In this document: piece after piece, positions 26,343-35,682 of the stretch
Layout: every line of letters starts with the position of its first letter
Numbering within the stretch: the first letter of the stretch is position 1
Source: an uncultured Candidatus Saccharibacteria bacterium
GTDB lineage: Bacteria; Patescibacteriota; Saccharimonadia; Saccharimonadales; CAZPPF01
NCBI GenBank assembly: GCA_964588395.1
Contig: CAZPPF010000001.1
Span: forward strand, 6,656-70,329
Direction of reading: 5' to 3'
DNA: 63,674 nucleotides
Translations under genes and position numbers: made by a program
The notes under the pieces: generated by a model
The model's database searches: none
Told to the model about the DNA's origin: nothing
Seen by the model: only the letters and a program-made list of their open reading frames with translations

Positions 26343-27047
26343 CTAGATTGGTAAATAGCCTGGGAAGAAGTCGAGTACCAGATTGTTTTTGTCTACCCCG
26401 CCAGCCAACAGATCATTTTCCAGCGTTTCAATCATTGGTTCTGGGCCCGAAACGTATAAGCGTTTGTCTTGAGCGTTTTCAACCAAACTCAAGATTCGCT
26501 CAGCCGATAGATGTCCAGATTCTCCAGTCCAGCTAGATGGTGGATCACTGAGGACAATTGTTGGAGTAACCCCGTATGCTTTGAACAGATCTTCGAATAA
26601 GACATCTTCCTTAGTGTTGAAGGCTAGAATCACCTCTATCGTGCGCTTCTCTCCAGTGGCTAGCAAATACGAAACAATACTATGAAACGGTGTAATGCCA
26701 AGTCCTCCGGCTACAAACACGAGCGGAATAGACGCATCTTTAGGCAAAACAAAATCGCCCATTGCTTCTGCAAAGTCCAGCTGAGTTCTCATGGGTAGTT
26801 GCCATAGCGTCTTTTTGAACGTACTAGCGGATTTGCCAGCAAATTTAGTAGTAATACTCAAAAACTCATCAGTTGGGGAAGAAGACAACGTAAACCAGCG
26901 CTTTATACCTCGGTCGTCTGGAGTGTTATGAGGTAACTGAAATTCGGTAAACTGGCCGGCGGTGTAGTCCATTCGCCGCTCTGGCTTAAAATAAAACGTT
27001 CGCACAGAAGTGTTTTCATCCTTGATGTGGTCAAGTATAACTTTCAT
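26343..27047 (-). CDS. FAD/NAD(P)-binding oxidoreductase (ferredoxin-reductase-type)
   Basis: RWFTLSSSP (RxYS-like FAD motif) and GGLGITPF (NAD(P) motif); 234 aa. Confidence 0.75.
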   Translation of the reverse strand: MKVILDHIKDENTSVRTFYFKPERRMDYTAGQFTEFQLPHNTPDDRGIKRWFTLSSSPTDEFLSITTKFAGKSASTFKKTLWQLPMRTQLDFAEAMGDFVLPKDASIPLVFVAGGLGITPFHSIVSYLLATGEKRTIEVILAFNTKEDVLFEDLFKAYGVTPTIVLSDPPSSWTGESGHLSAERILSLVENAQDKRLYVSGPEPMIETLENDLLAGGVDKNNLVLDFFPGYLPI

Positions 27048-27745
27048 GATTTTTTGAGCTGACGTCTACGCTTGCGAGGCAGGAATTTTTGTGGATAATT
27101 GGTACAAATCATCACTCTTGGATATAGCAAATGAATAAAACGGGCAACGAATCGGTTATTGACAGTAAAGACCATAATATCCAGGTCATTACGACGGGCC
27201 ATCCAGTAAGTGAGCGGATTGAGAATCCAAAAATTAAGATCAATACCATCAGCACCGAGCGACTTAGCTAGGTAGATAACTTCAAACGGACTCGATAAAC
27301 TCCTGATATATCCTGAGATGTCTTTTCGTAATTTTTTGAGTTGCTCAATTTCACCAATGTGTGGTGAGGCAATGCGAACCTGGGAGTGCGGCATTTCGTC
27401 GATTATTTTTAGAACATGGTCAACGGCACCCTTGGCTTTGATTTCTACCACGACTGGGATGTCTTTTATAACTTCGAGGACTTCAGCTAACAAAGGAGCA
27501 GGGTCACCATTTGCGAGAGGTAACTTTTTGAGTTCTTCGTAAGTGAGTTCGGCAATTTCGTGGTTACCACCCCCAACTTTTTCCAGGTTCGAATCGTGAC
27601 ATACAACCACGTGGTTATCGGCAGTCAGGTGTACATCAAGCTCAATCATGGGCACACCCAAGCGGACAGCTTCTTTGAATGAGGCTAATGTGTTCTCAAG
27701 CTTTAGGCTTGGAACGCCCCGATGCCCAATGATTTTCATTTTCAT
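27044..27745 (-). CDS. Glycerophosphodiester phosphodiesterase
   Basis: IIGHRGVPSLKLENTLASF..IELDVHLTADNHVVVCHD is the GDPD signature. Confidence 0.9.
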   Translation of the reverse strand: MKMKIIGHRGVPSLKLENTLASFKEAVRLGVPMIELDVHLTADNHVVVCHDSNLEKVGGGNHEIAELTYEELKKLPLANGDPAPLLAEVLEVIKDIPVVVEIKAKGAVDHVLKIIDEMPHSQVRIASPHIGEIEQLKKLRKDISGYIRSLSSPFEVIYLAKSLGADGIDLNFWILNPLTYWMARRNDLDIMVFTVNNRFVARFIHLLYPRVMICTNYPQKFLPRKRRRQLKKS

Positions 27746-27796
27746 AATAATTCAACGTCTAGTGTACAATAAAACCAACATTGAAAGGAGAAAAAC

Positions 27797-28324
27797 ATGC
27801 CTGATTTTAACAAAGTTCTGACACCTGGCGATTATCAGAATGGAACCGTTAACACCGTTGTAGAAATTCCCGAAGGGTCGATCCTTAAGATTGAATGGGA
27901 TCGTGAGCGAGCGGCTTTTATGCTGGATCGTGTGGAGCCCGGTATTTTTGCTAAGCCTGTGAGCTATGGTTTTATTCCCCAGACGCTCGACGAAGATGGC
28001 GACGAGCTAGACACATTGATAGTGTGTGACGAAGCTTTGCCAACTGGTATCTGGCTGGAAGCCAAAATTTTAGGGGTTATGAAATTTGAAGATGATGGTG
28101 AAGTCGACGACAAAATTGTTGTTCGGGTTGCCGATGATCGTAATGATGGCGATTGGCTCAATACACTTGAAGATTTGGGCGAACGTTGGAAAGAACTGGT
28201 TGAGCATCACTTCACGCACTATAAGGACCTCAAGAAGCCTGGCTCAACCAAAGTTACTGGTTGGGGCGACATAGAAGAAGCAAAGAAGATTATTGAAGCA
28301 TGCATACAGCGGTACAGTAAATAA
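27797..28324 (+). CDS. ppa: Inorganic pyrophosphatase (family I)
   Basis: VVEIPEGS..K.E.D, YGFIPQTL..DGDELD and DDK motifs. AAAGGAG lies upstream. Confidence 0.9.
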   Translation: MPDFNKVLTPGDYQNGTVNTVVEIPEGSILKIEWDRERAAFMLDRVEPGIFAKPVSYGFIPQTLDEDGDELDTLIVCDEALPTGIWLEAKILGVMKFEDDGEVDDKIVVRVADDRNDGDWLNTLEDLGERWKELVEHHFTHYKDLKKPGSTKVTGWGDIEEAKKIIEACIQRYSK

Positions 28325-28363
28325 TATTGTATATTTGTTAAATTAATGTTATAATAAATAATA

Positions 28364-28672
28364 ATGAGCCATGAACTTACTTCTATTACAGAAGCAGAAT
28401 TTGATGAGTTACAGCAAAACCGTGCGCAGATGTTGACTGCTGGCACACAGGCATGTGAATTTCTTTTGAATTTTACAAGTCGTGATGATGATACAGGCGA
28501 GCTTCGCATAGTAGGCGGTGTTGATATAAACCCACAGATGGGAAGACAATACTACAGCACGTTTACTATTGTTGAATCATCTGGTTTAGACACAAAAGCA
28601 GCTCTCGGAATTTCAGAAGACGAAGTAATAACCCTACGCCAGCTTTTATTCGATAAAGCCACTTGCGATTAA
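28364..28672 (+). CDS. Hypothetical protein (102 aa)
   Basis: A TATAAT box (28350-28355) lies 9 nt upstream of the ATG. I recognised no motif. Confidence 0.4.
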   Translation: MSHELTSITEAEFDELQQNRAQMLTAGTQACEFLLNFTSRDDDTGELRIVGGVDINPQMGRQYYSTFTIVESSGLDTKAALGISEDEVITLRQLLFDKATCD

Positions 28673-28759
28673 AACTAACATTATTATTTGTTCCCAGATA
28701 TTTTTGCCTATATAATTCATCTTAAGTAATCATGCTAATGCTTGAAGGGTAGGAAGTAT

Positions 28760-29782
28760 ATGAAGACACGGGTGGCAATTAACGGGTTTGGGCGAATTGG
28801 ACGTAACGCCTTCAAGATAGCTTTTGACCGAAGTGATCTAGAAATTGTAGCTATCAATGATCTGACAGATACGAAAACACTGGCGTACCTGCTAAAACAC
28901 GACAGCAACTATGGCACGTATGAGCATAAGGTGGATTTTGATGACAAAAACATCATTGTTGATGGCCAAAAAATTCCTGTTCTTGCCGAAAAAGATCCCA
29001 CACAACTACCTTGGAAAGAGCACAAAGTTGATGTGGTTATTGAGTCTACGGGGCGGTTTACTAAAAAAGAGGACGCCGGTATGCACCTGACGGCCGGTGC
29101 AAAAAAGGTGATTATTTCGGCTCCCACTAAGAGTGCAGATATTGATACGCTGGTAATTGGTGCCAATGAAGACAAGCTCGAAGGCGCTGGGGATATTATT
29201 AGTAATGCGAGCTGTACGACCAACTCAGTTGCTGCAGTTATGGCAATTATGGATGAAGCATTTGGCGTAGAGAAAGCTATGCTGACTACTATTCACAGTT
29301 ATACGGCCAGCCAATCTCTGCAAGACGGGCCGGCTAAAGACATGCGTGAAGCGCGAGCTGCAGCCGAAAACATTGTACCTACGAGCACTGGAGCAGCTAT
29401 TGCGGTGGCTAAAACCTTACCTCAGTTTGTTGATAAATTTGATGGTATTAGTGTGCGGGTACCAAGCCCTGTGGTAAGCCTGAGTGATGTGACCATGGTT
29501 CTCAAGAAAGACGCCACAATTGATCAAATTAACGATGTGTTTAAAAAAGCGGTCAAAGAGCCGTATTTCCAGGGCATTCTTGATGTGTCAGAAGAACCAT
29601 TGGTGAGTAAAGATTATGTGGGGAACAGTCATTCGGGGATAGTTGATCTGCTGCTGACCAATGTTGTAGATGGAAATTTGGCCAAGGTTGTAACGTGGTA
29701 CGACAATGAGTGGGGCTATAGCAATCGCCTTGTAGAGCTTGTTGCCGACACGGGTAGACTTTTACATAAAGACGAAAAGTAG
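28760..29782 (+). CDS. gap: Glyceraldehyde-3-phosphate dehydrogenase
   Basis: INGFGRIGR, the SNASCTTN active site and WYDNEWGYS. Confidence 0.95.
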   Translation: MKTRVAINGFGRIGRNAFKIAFDRSDLEIVAINDLTDTKTLAYLLKHDSNYGTYEHKVDFDDKNIIVDGQKIPVLAEKDPTQLPWKEHKVDVVIESTGRFTKKEDAGMHLTAGAKKVIISAPTKSADIDTLVIGANEDKLEGAGDIISNASCTTNSVAAVMAIMDEAFGVEKAMLTTIHSYTASQSLQDGPAKDMREARAAAENIVPTSTGAAIAVAKTLPQFVDKFDGISVRVPSPVVSLSDVTMVLKKDATIDQINDVFKKAVKEPYFQGILDVSEEPLVSKDYVGNSHSGIVDLLLTNVVDGNLAKVVTWYDNEWGYSNRLVELVADTGRLLHKDEK

Positions 29783-29786
29783 GCCT

Positions 29787-30233
29787 ATGCAGATCTTTGT
29801 AGGCGCTGACCACCAGGGATTCCAACTTAAGAGCAGACTTGTGACACTGCTCAAGCGCCATGGCTATGAAGTAGCTGATGAAGGTGGTGAAAAGCTTGAC
29901 CCTGCTGACGATTTCCCAGTGTTTGCCCAGAAGGTGGCTGGAGCAGTACTAGGAAGCAACGACAATGATGCTCGGGGCATTCTAGTCTGTGGGAGTGGTC
30001 AAGGCATGTGTATGGCAGCTAATCGATTTAAAGGTATACGGGCGTGTTTGGCCTATGACCGCGAATCAGCGCGCTCATCTCGTAACGATGATGACAGCAA
30101 TGTGCTGTGTTTGCCCGCCAGTGTCCTTAAAACCGAAGAAGCGGGTGATATTGTGCAAACATGGCTTGATACACCATTCGCAGCTGCCCCACGATATGTA
30201 CGACGCATCAAAGAGTTAGACGAAATGGGCTAG
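29787..30233 (+). CDS. rpiB: Ribose-5-phosphate isomerase B
   Basis: MQIFVGADHQGFQLK..GILVCGSGQGMCMAANRFKGIRA. I chose the start at ATG 29787, just after the gap stop codon. Confidence 0.9.
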   Translation: MQIFVGADHQGFQLKSRLVTLLKRHGYEVADEGGEKLDPADDFPVFAQKVAGAVLGSNDNDARGILVCGSGQGMCMAANRFKGIRACLAYDRESARSSRNDDDSNVLCLPASVLKTEEAGDIVQTWLDTPFAAAPRYVRRIKELDEMG

Positions 30234-30235
30234 AC

Positions 30236-30892
30236 ATGCCAGTAATTTGCCCAACAGTAACTGCCTACGATCCACATCAGTACAGAGAGCAAATGGAACG
30301 CATTACACCATTTGCAAAGCGTATACATATTGACTTGATGGACGGTGATTTGGCGCCCACAAAATCACCCTCAGTTGCACAAATTTGGTTACCAGAGGGG
30401 ATTTCCGCTGATATTCACATTATGTATCGCCGTCCGGCAGAAGTTTTGACGCGCTTAATTGAGCTCCGCCCACGTATGGTCGTGTTCCACGCTGAGGCAG
30501 ATGGAATGTTTGAGGAAGTTGCCGAAAGACTAAAGACCCACAGTATCAAGGTGGGTGTTGCGCTATTGCCTGACACGGGTGTGGCTTTGCTTGAACCGGC
30601 TATACATTTGATTGATCATGTGCTGATTTTTAGTGGGGATTTGGGGCACTTTGGCGGCAAAGCGGATTTATCGTTACTTGGAAAAGTGAGTGAGCTCAAA
30701 AGTATCAAACCAGGGCTCGAAATTGGCTGGGATGGAGGGATTAACGAAGACAATGCCCTGACGCTCATTAATAATGATGTGGATGTCCTAAATGTCGGTG
30801 GATTTATTCAGCGCGCCTCTGATCCTGCCAGCGCTTATGCTACACTGGAACAAGTAGTAGAAAACAGAAATCATGAAAAAGCTAACGACTGA
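30236..30892 (+). CDS. rpe: Ribulose-phosphate 3-epimerase
   Basis: IHIDLMDG, HIMY and VVFHAE barrel motifs, in a pentose-phosphate gene context. Confidence 0.8.
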   Translation: MPVICPTVTAYDPHQYREQMERITPFAKRIHIDLMDGDLAPTKSPSVAQIWLPEGISADIHIMYRRPAEVLTRLIELRPRMVVFHAEADGMFEEVAERLKTHSIKVGVALLPDTGVALLEPAIHLIDHVLIFSGDLGHFGGKADLSLLGKVSELKSIKPGLEIGWDGGINEDNALTLINNDVDVLNVGGFIQRASDPASAYATLEQVVENRNHEKAND

Positions 30893-31727
30893 ACAGCTGG
30901 AAATCAAGGCTAATGATATTCGCGAGGATATCATTAAAATGCTCGAGCACGCTGGCAGTGGACACTCGGCGGGCCCCCTAGGACTGGCTGACATTTTTGC
31001 AGCGCTTTATTTTGACGTTCTTAAGCACGATCCAGCCAAGCCAAATTGGAATCAGCGGGACATCTTACTGCTAAGTAATGGCCATTGTGTGCCAGTTCGC
31101 TATGCGGCTATGGCCGAAGCAGGTTACTTTGATAAAAAAGAACTGATGACACTCAGACAATTCGGATCACGTTTGCAAGGCCATCCGGAACGAGAGCGAT
31201 TGCCGGGGCTTGAAAACACTAGTGGGCCCCTTGGTTCTGGCCTCAGCCAGGCCTGCGGTATGACACTAGCGATGCGCATGAACAAAGACATGCACCGCTG
31301 GGTGTATGTGGTCTTGGGTGACGGTGAACAAGATGAAGGCAATGTCTGGGAAGCCGCTATGCTAGCTAGCAAATACAAGCTCAATAACATTATTGCCATT
31401 ACTGACCGCAATAACATCCAAATTGATGGCCCTACCGAAACCGTGATGCCACTTGAGGATCTCAAGGCCAAGTGGGAGGCCTTTGGCTGGCATGTGATAG
31501 AAATTGACGGCAATAACATTGAAGCATTCATTGATGCCTGTGCCATGGGTCGGGCAGTTGTAGAAAAACCAGTTATGATCATGGCTCACACTGTACCCGG
31601 CAAAGGTGTAGATTTTATGGAATACGATTTTCACTGGCACGGGTCACCACCTAACCATGAACAGGCAGTTAAAGCCTTGCATGAATTACGTACCCTTCAG
31701 GGCAAGATTCGGAGCGAACATGAATAA
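30873..31727 (+). CDS. Transketolase, N-terminal (TPP-binding) subunit
   Basis: GSGHSAGPLGLADI, GHP.., and the GDGEQDEGNVWEA thiamine-diphosphate motif. Confidence 0.95.
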   Translation: MKKLTTEQLEIKANDIREDIIKMLEHAGSGHSAGPLGLADIFAALYFDVLKHDPAKPNWNQRDILLLSNGHCVPVRYAAMAEAGYFDKKELMTLRQFGSRLQGHPERERLPGLENTSGPLGSGLSQACGMTLAMRMNKDMHRWVYVVLGDGEQDEGNVWEAAMLASKYKLNNIIAITDRNNIQIDGPTETVMPLEDLKAKWEAFGWHVIEIDGNNIEAFIDACAMGRAVVEKPVMIMAHTVPGKGVDFMEYDFHWHGSPPNHEQAVKALHELRTLQGKIRSEHE

Positions 31728-32022
31728 TCCAGAAAAGATGATTTTTTTGTGCCTACTCATTGGACTGGCTTTAACCGTGATTAGCTATTATAAAATTACG
31801 GATAAGACCCAAGTGACTGTTCCAAACTGTATAACGTTAGAAAAAGAGGAGCACGGTTTCCCATTGTCGTATTATGAAACTGATAGCAATATTGGAATCT
31901 GTACAGTGGCAGTCACTGGTTCATCCTTTAATGGTATTGATCTTGTTCTTGATTTTGTTACTTGGAGCCTACTAGCAGCTGTGGGTGTAGCTAGTACGAA
32001 TTATGTGAGGCGCAGGAAATGA
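31720..32022 (+). CDS. Small hypothetical membrane protein wedged between the transketolase halves
   Basis: MNNPEKMIFLCLLIGLALTVISYY.. and a second TM helix at the C-terminus. ATG 31720 overlaps the tkt-N stop, and its own stop overlaps the tkt-C start (ATGA). Confidence 0.5.
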   Translation: MNNPEKMIFLCLLIGLALTVISYYKITDKTQVTVPNCITLEKEEHGFPLSYYETDSNIGICTVAVTGSSFNGIDLVLDFVTWSLLAAVGVASTNYVRRRK

Positions 32023-32996
32023 TGTTTCTAATAGATAATATTCAAGCCAAAGATATTGCCAAAGAGCCAATTCGTAAAGGTTTTGGGCGTGGTTTATTGG
32101 AAGCCGGCATACGTGACGAAAACGTGGTGGCAGCGTGCGCTGACTTGACCGACTCAACGCAAATGGGCTTGTTTCGAGATGCCTTTCCGGAGCGGTTTGT
32201 GGAAATTGGTGTGGCTGAGCAAAACTTGGTTACCGTTGGCTCTGGTCTGGCGGCGATGGGTAAAATTCCATTTGTAAGTAGTTATGCTGCGTTTAGTCCT
32301 GGTAGGAACTGGGAACAAATCCGCACTACGATCGCGCTGAATAATCGGCCGGTTAAGATTATTGGTTCTCACGCTGGTGTGTCAGTCGGGCCAGACGGGG
32401 CCACGCATCAGATGCTGGAAGATATTGCATTGATGCGCGCTTTGCCAAATATGGTAGTTGTCGCGCCTGGCGACAGCGTGGAAGCAGAAAAAGCGACCCT
32501 CGCATTAGCGACAGATAAACGCCCCAACTACATGCGCCTGGCTCGCGAAGAAACACCAGTATTTACCACCGAAAAAACACCGTTTGAACTCGGGAAAGCC
32601 TATGTCTTGGAACCGGGTAATGACATTACGATAATTGCGACAGGTACCATGACCTACCAGGCACTCGTAGCTGCCGAAATCTTGTTTAAAGATGGTATTG
32701 ATGCGGAAGTTGTCCATGCGCCCACCATCAAGCCACTTGATGCGGTCACAATCCTGACCAGTGTTCGGAAGACAGGCAAAGTTATTACAGCTGAAGAAGG
32801 TCAGATCAATGGTGGCCTGGGTGGGGCTGTAGCTGAACTGCTAAGTGAAAATCTGCCGACCATTATGAAACGGATTGGTATGAAAGATCGCTTTGGTGAG
32901 TCCGGTAAGCCCGAGGAATTACTCGAACATTTTGGTCTGACTGCCAAGCATATCGCCCTTGCTGCCCATGAACTAATGCATCACGACAAGAAATGA
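32019..32996 (+). CDS. Transketolase, C-terminal (pyrimidine-binding) subunit
   Basis: EIGVAEQNLV..GPDGATHQMLEDIALMRALPNM. Confidence 0.95.
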   Translation: MMFLIDNIQAKDIAKEPIRKGFGRGLLEAGIRDENVVAACADLTDSTQMGLFRDAFPERFVEIGVAEQNLVTVGSGLAAMGKIPFVSSYAAFSPGRNWEQIRTTIALNNRPVKIIGSHAGVSVGPDGATHQMLEDIALMRALPNMVVVAPGDSVEAEKATLALATDKRPNYMRLAREETPVFTTEKTPFELGKAYVLEPGNDITIIATGTMTYQALVAAEILFKDGIDAEVVHAPTIKPLDAVTILTSVRKTGKVITAEEGQINGGLGGAVAELLSENLPTIMKRIGMKDRFGESGKPEELLEHFGLTAKHIALAAHELMHHDKK

Positions 32997-33003
32997 GGAA
33001 TAC

Positions 33004-33915
33004 ATGCCCCTGCCGCTAAAAGAAGTCCGCGAAAATTGTCATAAAGCCCGTAAAGCTATTGAACGAGCACGAATTGAACAGTTTGCTCTAGGTGCATTTA
33101 ATCTGGATAACCAGGAAACATTAAAAGCTGTAGCCCAAGCCGCTCAAGCAAAACACGCACCACTCATGGTTGAAGTCAGTAAAGGCGAAGTAGACGCCAT
33201 TGGACTGGATAATGTCCGCGATATGGTAGATAACTACAAGGCTGATTATGGAATAGAAATGTATATCAACCTGGATCATTCACCATCTGTCGAAGACGCA
33301 ATAGCAGGGATTGAAGCGGGGTTTGAGTTTATTCATATAGATGTATCTCAAGCCAATCACGACGCGAGTGAGGAACAAATCATTGAAGCCACTAAAAAAG
33401 TAGTAGAAGCTGCCAAGGTAACTGGTGCGCTGGTAGAAAGTGAACCACATTATTTTGGTGGTGGCTCAAACGTGTTTGATAAAGCGTTTGATTATGAAGA
33501 GATTAAAAAGACGTTTAGTACGCCAGAGGGTGCGAAGCACTTTGTGGATGCAACGGGCATTGATACATATGCGGCAGCCATTGGTAATCTGCACGGCAGC
33601 TACCCAGTACCCAAGCAACTAGATATAGAACTGCTCAAAACAATTCGCGCTGCAATTGACTGTAATATTAGCCTGCATGGTGGCAGTGGAACGCCAGGAC
33701 ACTATTTTGTGGAAGCGGTAAAAGTGGGCGTGACCAAGATTAATATCAACACTGATATGCGCATTGCTTATCGAAAAACTTTGGAACAAGAATTAGCCAA
33801 TAATCCAACCGAATATGCTGTGGTCAAACTTATGGACAAAGTTATTGAAGCCGTGCAGAAAGTTGTTGAGACCAAAATAGATATGTTTAACTCAGCTGGT
33901 AAGGCTAAGCCGTGA
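33004..33915 (+). CDS. fba: Class II fructose-bisphosphate aldolase
   Basis: GAFN..LDH..HIDVS..LHGGSG..KININT metal and Schiff-independent aldolase motifs. Confidence 0.9.
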   Translation: MPLPLKEVRENCHKARKAIERARIEQFALGAFNLDNQETLKAVAQAAQAKHAPLMVEVSKGEVDAIGLDNVRDMVDNYKADYGIEMYINLDHSPSVEDAIAGIEAGFEFIHIDVSQANHDASEEQIIEATKKVVEAAKVTGALVESEPHYFGGGSNVFDKAFDYEEIKKTFSTPEGAKHFVDATGIDTYAAAIGNLHGSYPVPKQLDIELLKTIRAAIDCNISLHGGSGTPGHYFVEAVKVGVTKININTDMRIAYRKTLEQELANNPTEYAVVKLMDKVIEAVQKVVETKIDMFNSAGKAKP

Positions 33916-33976
33916 AGCTTGCAAATAAACGGTCTCTTGTGACACAATTATTTTAAACATAAGCAAAAAGGGTGGG

Positions 33977-34984
33977 ATGAGCGATCACAGTCAAATAGAT
34001 GTCCTCAGTGTTGGCGATATCGTGACCGATGCTTTTATTCGGTTAATCGACGAATATGAGCATACCTATGATAACGAGCACGGTAAGTGGCTGGCGCTAC
34101 CATTTGGAAGCAAAGTACCCTTTGACCATGCTGAAATTATTGAAGGGGTAGGAAATGCGGCGAACGCATCGGTCAGTTTTGCTCGCCTGGGTTTACGAAG
34201 CAGCTTGGTCGCAAACGTTGGTGGTGATCAATTCGGCCGAGATATGATTAATTCACTCGAAAAAAATAAAGTTGACACACGTTTTGTTCATATTAATCCG
34301 GATAAGCCTAGTCACTATCACTACGTGCTTTGGTTTAAAGAAGAACGAACTATCCTTGTAAACAGCGTTGAGTATAACTACCATTGGCCGCATGCCAGAC
34401 CCGATGAAATCCCAAAGTGGCTCTATTTTTCGTCAGTTGGTAAGTATGCAACAGAGTATCATGACAAAATCGCTGATTGGCTTGAGAAAAGACCTGAAGT
34501 CAAGCTGGCTTTTCAGCCAGGAACATTTCAGATGGGTCTCGGTACCGAAAGACTTATCCGTTTGTATAAACAAACTGAGGTGCTCATTCTCAATCGTCAA
34601 GAAGCAGCCTTAGTTAGTAGTGGAAACGAAGATGACCTCCATGATCTGTTTAATAAGCTACATCACCTAGGTCCCAAAATTGTCGTTATTACCGATGGTC
34701 CGAAGGGCGCGTACGCTAGTGATGGTGAAAATCGTTTCAAAATGCCGCCCTATCCTGACCCAGCGCCGCCGTTTGAACGGACCGGTGCGGGCGATGCCTT
34801 TGCATCGACGTTTGTGGCTGCACTTGCCAAAGGAAACACTATTGAGGGTGCGCTGCAGTGGGCACCGATAAATTCAATGAATGTCGTCCAGCACACAGGC
34901 GCGCAAGAAGGACTACTCAGCGAACATCAACTCGGAGAACTTCTTAAGCAGTCACCTGACTGGTATAAGCCAGAACGTCTCTAA
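33977..34984 (+). CDS. PfkB-family carbohydrate kinase
   Basis: The N-terminal GD.V.D motif and the C-terminal TGAGDAF anion-hole motif are present. The substrate is not inferable. Confidence 0.8.
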   Translation: MSDHSQIDVLSVGDIVTDAFIRLIDEYEHTYDNEHGKWLALPFGSKVPFDHAEIIEGVGNAANASVSFARLGLRSSLVANVGGDQFGRDMINSLEKNKVDTRFVHINPDKPSHYHYVLWFKEERTILVNSVEYNYHWPHARPDEIPKWLYFSSVGKYATEYHDKIADWLEKRPEVKLAFQPGTFQMGLGTERLIRLYKQTEVLILNRQEAALVSSGNEDDLHDLFNKLHHLGPKIVVITDGPKGAYASDGENRFKMPPYPDPAPPFERTGAGDAFASTFVAALAKGNTIEGALQWAPINSMNVVQHTGAQEGLLSEHQLGELLKQSPDWYKPERL

Positions 34985-35579
34985 ATTCATCCGGCGTATC
35001 CGAAGAGTTAGCAAAATCTGCGAGCTGCTGCTTGGCATTCCTTTCAATATCGAATCCACTCACAACAGTTAATACGGCAGCTGACATGTGAATACCATGA
35101 ACAAGCTCGGGAGCAATATCGCCAATTGGAGAAAAATCTGCCACTAGGCCGGTTGTCTGGGCCCGCATTTTATTTCGCCCAAGCGGCCGGGCGCAAGCAC
35201 CGTTTAAACCTTGGGCAATTAATTGTTCGCGGGTTTTATCGGCCTTATTGTCCCGCACAAGATTGAGCATAAGATAGGAGAAGTAGCGGCTATCCTCGGT
35301 TACCATACCGAGTGTGCCATAGAGCATGTATACAACCAGCTTGTCATAATCTCGATCTTTTCTAGCGTATTCTGGACTTGGGATATTAGACTGTCTGCCC
35401 AAAAAACCATCAACACCATCTGTGCTGAGAGCAACAGCGAGTTTTCCAGCAGGAAGCCAGCCCCGAAAATTAGGACCTCTTTCTAAAGCTTCTATGCAAA
35501 CATTTGCCACCATTTTTGGTCTCATGTCGGTCGCTTGATTAGCTAGCTTCCGGAGGTATGGTCGCTCTGCATGTTTCAT
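34944..35579 (-). CDS. Divergent, unusually hydrophilic CDP-alcohol phosphatidyltransferase-like protein
   Basis: TDGVDGFLGR-x8-YARKDRDYD fits D-x2-DG-x2-AR-x8-G-x3-D-x3-D, with A replaced by G and G replaced by Y. Further blocks align by eye with PgsA. Most expected TM segments are polar. Confidence 0.4.
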   Translation of the reverse strand: MKHAERPYLRKLANQATDMRPKMVANVCIEALERGPNFRGWLPAGKLAVALSTDGVDGFLGRQSNIPSPEYARKDRDYDKLVVYMLYGTLGMVTEDSRYFSYLMLNLVRDNKADKTREQLIAQGLNGACARPLGRNKMRAQTTGLVADFSPIGDIAPELVHGIHMSAAVLTVVSGFDIERNAKQQLADFANSSDTPDEFRDVLAYTSQVTA

Positions 35580-35682
35580 TATGTGAAATCGTACGGTATT
35601 TAGTAGTAATTAGCAATTTCAGTAAAGTACCTTTTTTACTCACCTGACTAGTGTTATGCTTATGGTAAAGGAATACACAAAA

